Below are positions 60,010 to 64,000 of a stretch of DNA of 64,000 nucleotides, piece after piece. The DNA comes from Marsupella aquatica (lineage: Eukaryota > Plantae > Marchantiophyta), in NCBI GenBank assembly GCA_973895155.1, contig OZ316896.1, positions 17,534,754 through 17,598,753 of the forward strand, read 5' to 3'. Below the pieces are notes generated by a model. That model had not been told where the DNA came from, did no database searches, and worked only from the letters and a program-made list of their open reading frames with translations. Position numbers and translations under genes: made by a program. How positions within the stretch are numbered: position 1 is the first letter of the stretch; each line of letters begins with the position of its first letter.

Positions 60010-61418
60010 GGTTAAATAAACATCACATTAAGGCTCCCTAGTCTTCTTGGGGCCCAGTACCCTGCCAGTCATGTTACCCACTTGACCTTCAATCATCGTT
60101 CTGGCATACTCTAAACATATTAGCCCCCGATTTGTCGACATTTTAAAAAAAAATGTCCTTTTAAAATTTGATGCCCTTTAGGGCATTGGACACACCTGGC
60201 CTCGAATCTCACGTTTTCCTCTGTTTTTGTCCTTTGTTGTCAATCTCAATTTTTGCCATTGTCAGGTCACGCTGCTGGAAATCCTCTATGTGCAAGACAT
60301 AGCATTTTGTTGTCATCACATTTTCATATGCGCGAATGTTATGCACGAAGTTATGCACACACGAGCTCTTGTTTCTTGTTCCCCCACGCTATCGCATGCG
60401 ATTCTGTCTTTTCAGTTAAGAACCATTGGGATTGTGTCCTTTCATTGTGCATATCTCTTTTACTTTTTTTTCAGCACGTATTTGTGTCATCATTGTCTTT
60501 CGTATTAGGTTCTAACTTATTTTACTAAGCACATCAATAGTGTTGAGCGTTAATTACTTGGTGGCTCTGTCCCAAGCAAGACAAGATCAGGTTACTTGTG
60601 ATGTTGCAATGCACTTTTTGCCCATGTAGACCCTATCAATATTGAGGAGCATTGATTGTGGGACACACTTTGCGTCCGTCATCTCTTTCCATGTAAAACG
60701 TGTTAGAACAATGGTGTTTGTGTAGTCATTCTACCAATCCCACACACTTATAGGATGTGACCCTAGTTGCAATGGATATGAAAGGATGTATGATTCAGGA
60801 CAAAAGTGCACTGCAACGTTGCGAGTAACTTGATCTTGTCTTGCTTGGGGCAGAGGCACCAAGTAATTATCACTCAACACCACTGATGTGCTTAGTAAAA
60901 TATGTTAGAACCTAATACGAAAGACAATGTTGACACAAATTTGTCTTGAAGGAAAAGTAAAAACAGATATGCACAGTGGAAGGACACAATCCCAATGATT
61001 TTTAACTGAAAAGACATAATTGCATGCACCTGGGAGGACAAGAGCTCCTATGCACATAAACTTCGGGCATAATGCTTGCCCATATGAAAATTTGATGACA
61101 ATAGAAAGCTATGTCTTGCACATCAAGGATTTCCAACAGCTTGACCTGACAATGACAAAAACTGAGAATGACAACGAGGGACAAATACAGAGGGAGAGGT
61201 GAGCATTCTAGGTGTGTCCCACGCCCTAAAGGGGGTCAAATTTGAAAAGGATGGAACTTTTCCGTTCGTCGACAGATGGGGGGCTGATACGTTTAGAGTC
61301 CGCCAGAATGGTGATTGATGGTCAAGTGGGCTTGCCGGCAGCAGCTTTGGGATTTGTGACGGGCAGGGTACGGGGCCCCAAGAAGGCTGGGGAGTCTTAA
61401 TGCGGTGTTGATTTAACC
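60010..61418. repeat. Long inverted repeat / foldback element (~610-bp arms, ~180-bp spacer)
   Basis: 60010-60620 is a diverged reverse complement of 60801-61418. Examples: ggttaaataaacatcacattaaggctcc vs ggagtcttaatgcggtgttgatttaacc, and gtctttcgtattaggttctaac vs gttagaacctaatacgaaagac. Confidence 0.9.
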
Positions 61419-62481
61419 CAATGTGATACACGTCTAACACAAAAGATAGCGACAACATTTGTTTTTTGTTTTGTCAAGCTGGATTTCTGAAGTATCGAGC
61501 TTGGCCATGCTGTTAACTCTAAGTACCTAGAGTACATATCACTGAATGCTACACTTTGCAAACTAGTCTTCACCATCGTAGGTTGGGGCATTTAATCTGT
61601 ATTGATCTTTAATACTATCCATCGCCATACAGAAAGAGAGAGAGAAAGATGGCCATCAAAGGCTGCAAAATCTACAAAAACAAACATGGAGACACAATTA
61701 TCAAAGCACCACCAACAATATAATGAAAGGAATCTTGGGAGGGAGATAATTGAATTAAATCTTGAATGAAAGAAATGTGAGAACAGGGGGAAAACGAGGT
61801 TCACTAGAATATCATGAGGGGAGTGAAGTGATTATTGTAATGGATTTCACCAAATTTGTGTTCTTCATCACAATTTTGGCAAAGTTGGTGTAGAGTAAAG
61901 AAAGGGTAAACCAAGTTTACTAGAACATCAAATGAAGGGAGCAAAGTGAAAACTATCATTGATTTATGCAAATTTGAGTTCCTTGACCCATCACAATTTT
62001 GGCAAAGGTGGTGTAGACAGTAAATATGGCTGAGAACATGCTAATGCTTAGTACTCGCAAGCACTTTCTCCACAAATTAAGTTTAAGCAACTACTTGAAT
62101 TCTACTAGGCTAGGTGGTTTCTGAAGCAAACAGTGTGGCAATTTAGAAGCCTGGTCCCCCTAATGACTATTCAGACTGAGCTCCCCCTCTGAAAGTTATA
62201 TATTGTTGCCCACTGGGTCTTGGCATTCCATGTTGCCTAATATCTCGTGTGCTGCCCATCTCTCACAGAAAGTGAAGACTAGAGGATGTATGTCTTCATA
62301 TTTCCAAATGCTACCTATGGTGTGTGGATCCACATTAGTGATAGCAGTCCCAGCAAGCCTAGCCCAACAATGACAATCTGCATTGGGGCAAGTGAGGTTT
62401 GTACGTCAAGTTTCATACGTCAACCAATCCGGATCCCAAAGTGGGGTTCACCAAAGTCCTTTTCACACAAAAAACTTGACA

Positions 62482-62674
62482 TGTAAGAAAATTTGGAGGT
62501 CACTGGCTTGTCACCTCAATGCAGTTGGGCAGGCCACAACATCTCAGAATGAGACCCAAGGGGTTGTAATATATGAGTGTAAGAAAATTTGGAGGTCACT
62601 GGCTTGTCACCTCAATGGAGTCGGGCAGGCCACAACATCTCAGAAGGAGACCCAAGGGGTTATAATATATGAGT
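62482..62674. repeat. 96-bp tandem duplication
   Basis: tgtaagaaaatttggaggtcactggcttgtcacctcaatg... at 62482 and 62578. Confidence 0.9.
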
Positions 62675-62791
62675 TTTCTAGGAATGATTGACCTGAATGA
62701 TATATCAGGCAGACTGTCAATAGCTGATACCAAGGTTAAGAGCACACCAAACTGACCTAAGATTTAACCTAGCCACCTTAGGGGCAAGGAA

Positions 62792-63077
62792 CTTGGGGGG
62801 TTGACTATCAACAATCTTAGGAACCACGTGCAATCCAAAATATATATTTTTCATATAAATTAGCTAAATTTTTAAAAAGTGTAGGAAGCAAAAGAAGGTA
62901 TTATAAACCTATATTTGTAGAATATTCTCTAATATATACCTTTTATAAAGTAAAATAGGCCATAGTATTGAAAATAGAGAATATTTTTAGAATATTCCCA
63001 TTATAAAATAAGTGTGTTTATATTAGCCTAGGATCGCACGTGGTACCCCAAAATATACACTAAGTTAACCCCCCGAG
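62792..63077. mobile_element. 286-bp MITE with CT(T/C)GGGGGG termini and 8-bp TSD
   Basis: Ends are CTTGGGGGGTTGAC...GTTAACCCCCCGAG, with an inner inverted motif CCACGTGC(A/G)ATCC. The TSD GCAAGGAA lies at 62784-62791 and 63078-63085. The core is AT-rich. Confidence 0.85.
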
Positions 63078-64000
63078 GCAAGGAAAGGAAAGATGGGACC
63101 CAGGTGACCTGAGGGTGGGAAGTTAGAGGCAAGCTGGGGTATAAAACCTATGCAAAAGAAATGAGTTTTGTTTGGGGTTGAGTTCCACCACTGAGATGAA
63201 GGATATGAGATTGAGGATGGGGTCTCACTAAGGGAAAGCATTTGGATCAAGGGCACCTTTGGAGGGTGGCTGATGTTAAAGAATTTTCTAGTGAATGATG
63301 TGAAGGAGCTTGAGACTACAGAATTTGATGCAGGCCCAAGTTTCATGGGGATGGATTGAAAAATTATCCAAAATCTTTATCACCAGCAAAGTTTTAGAGT
63401 GGAAGAGCCTCCAGAGGAAGAGAAGGTGTCATGGGGTAGGGGAGGTGAAGCCCAGTAGTTTCTCACTAGGGGTGAGAGAGGAGAAGAACTGTGAGTGTTG
63501 TGTTCGGTGATGAATATGGTCATTCTTATTAGAAAGAACTTGGGGGCATTTGAAGTTTGATTTCATGGAATTGCAACAAGGGGAGACAATTGGGTGGTTA
63601 AAACTCTGGATGTGGATGCCAATAATGACATTATGTGTGTGCAGTTTCTAGATTATCTCTCTACTTATTTAGTCCATTATATGATTGTGAACATACTTGA
63701 AGAGGCGTGGTCACTGTAGGTCAGCCTGAAGGTTTCATCCCAATTTAGGCTGTCTTGCATGTGCAAGGTTCCTAAGAAAGCAAGCCTTACCAGCCTACAA
63801 ATGTCTTTAAAAAGTGACGACATGTGTAAAGATAATTTTTGTTCTATATGAGATTCAAAAGTTAGGAATGCAAGGGCCGCAAACTTTTCAGCCCTTGCCC
63901 TTGAAAGTCCTCAACTATTGCCGTGAGAACTGCCTGACAAGGCGAATGAGGCTCGGGATGAGGCAGGAAAGACTCGCACAGTGCAAAGATGCCACCTGTA

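Overview
Eukaryotic land-plant nuclear DNA, probably bryophyte/liverwort-like (inferred from gene content, not proven). The first 17.4 kb (307-17666) is one complete but decayed CACTA/En-Spm DNA transposon. It has matching CACTAGT termini, a 3-bp CAC target-site duplication (TSD), pseudogenised TnpD- and TnpA-like genes, ATGAC-rich subterminal arrays (12-bp and 408-bp units) and a nested MITE. It also carries two cargo ORFs: an EDM2-type triple PHD-finger histone-reader module and an unknown Cys/His-rich ORF. The rest of the window holds an intronless F-box gene, an intronless plasma-membrane H+-ATPase, a repeat-rich gene desert (about 29-40 kb), a 4-exon DUF3007 gene, a 16-exon aldehyde dehydrogenase, PSRP3 and an intronless DEAD-box helicase (RH10/RRP3). 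It also has a 1.4-kb foldback and a second MITE with the same unusual CTC(G)n ends and 8-bp TSD. All family assignments come from recognising motifs by eye; no searches were run.
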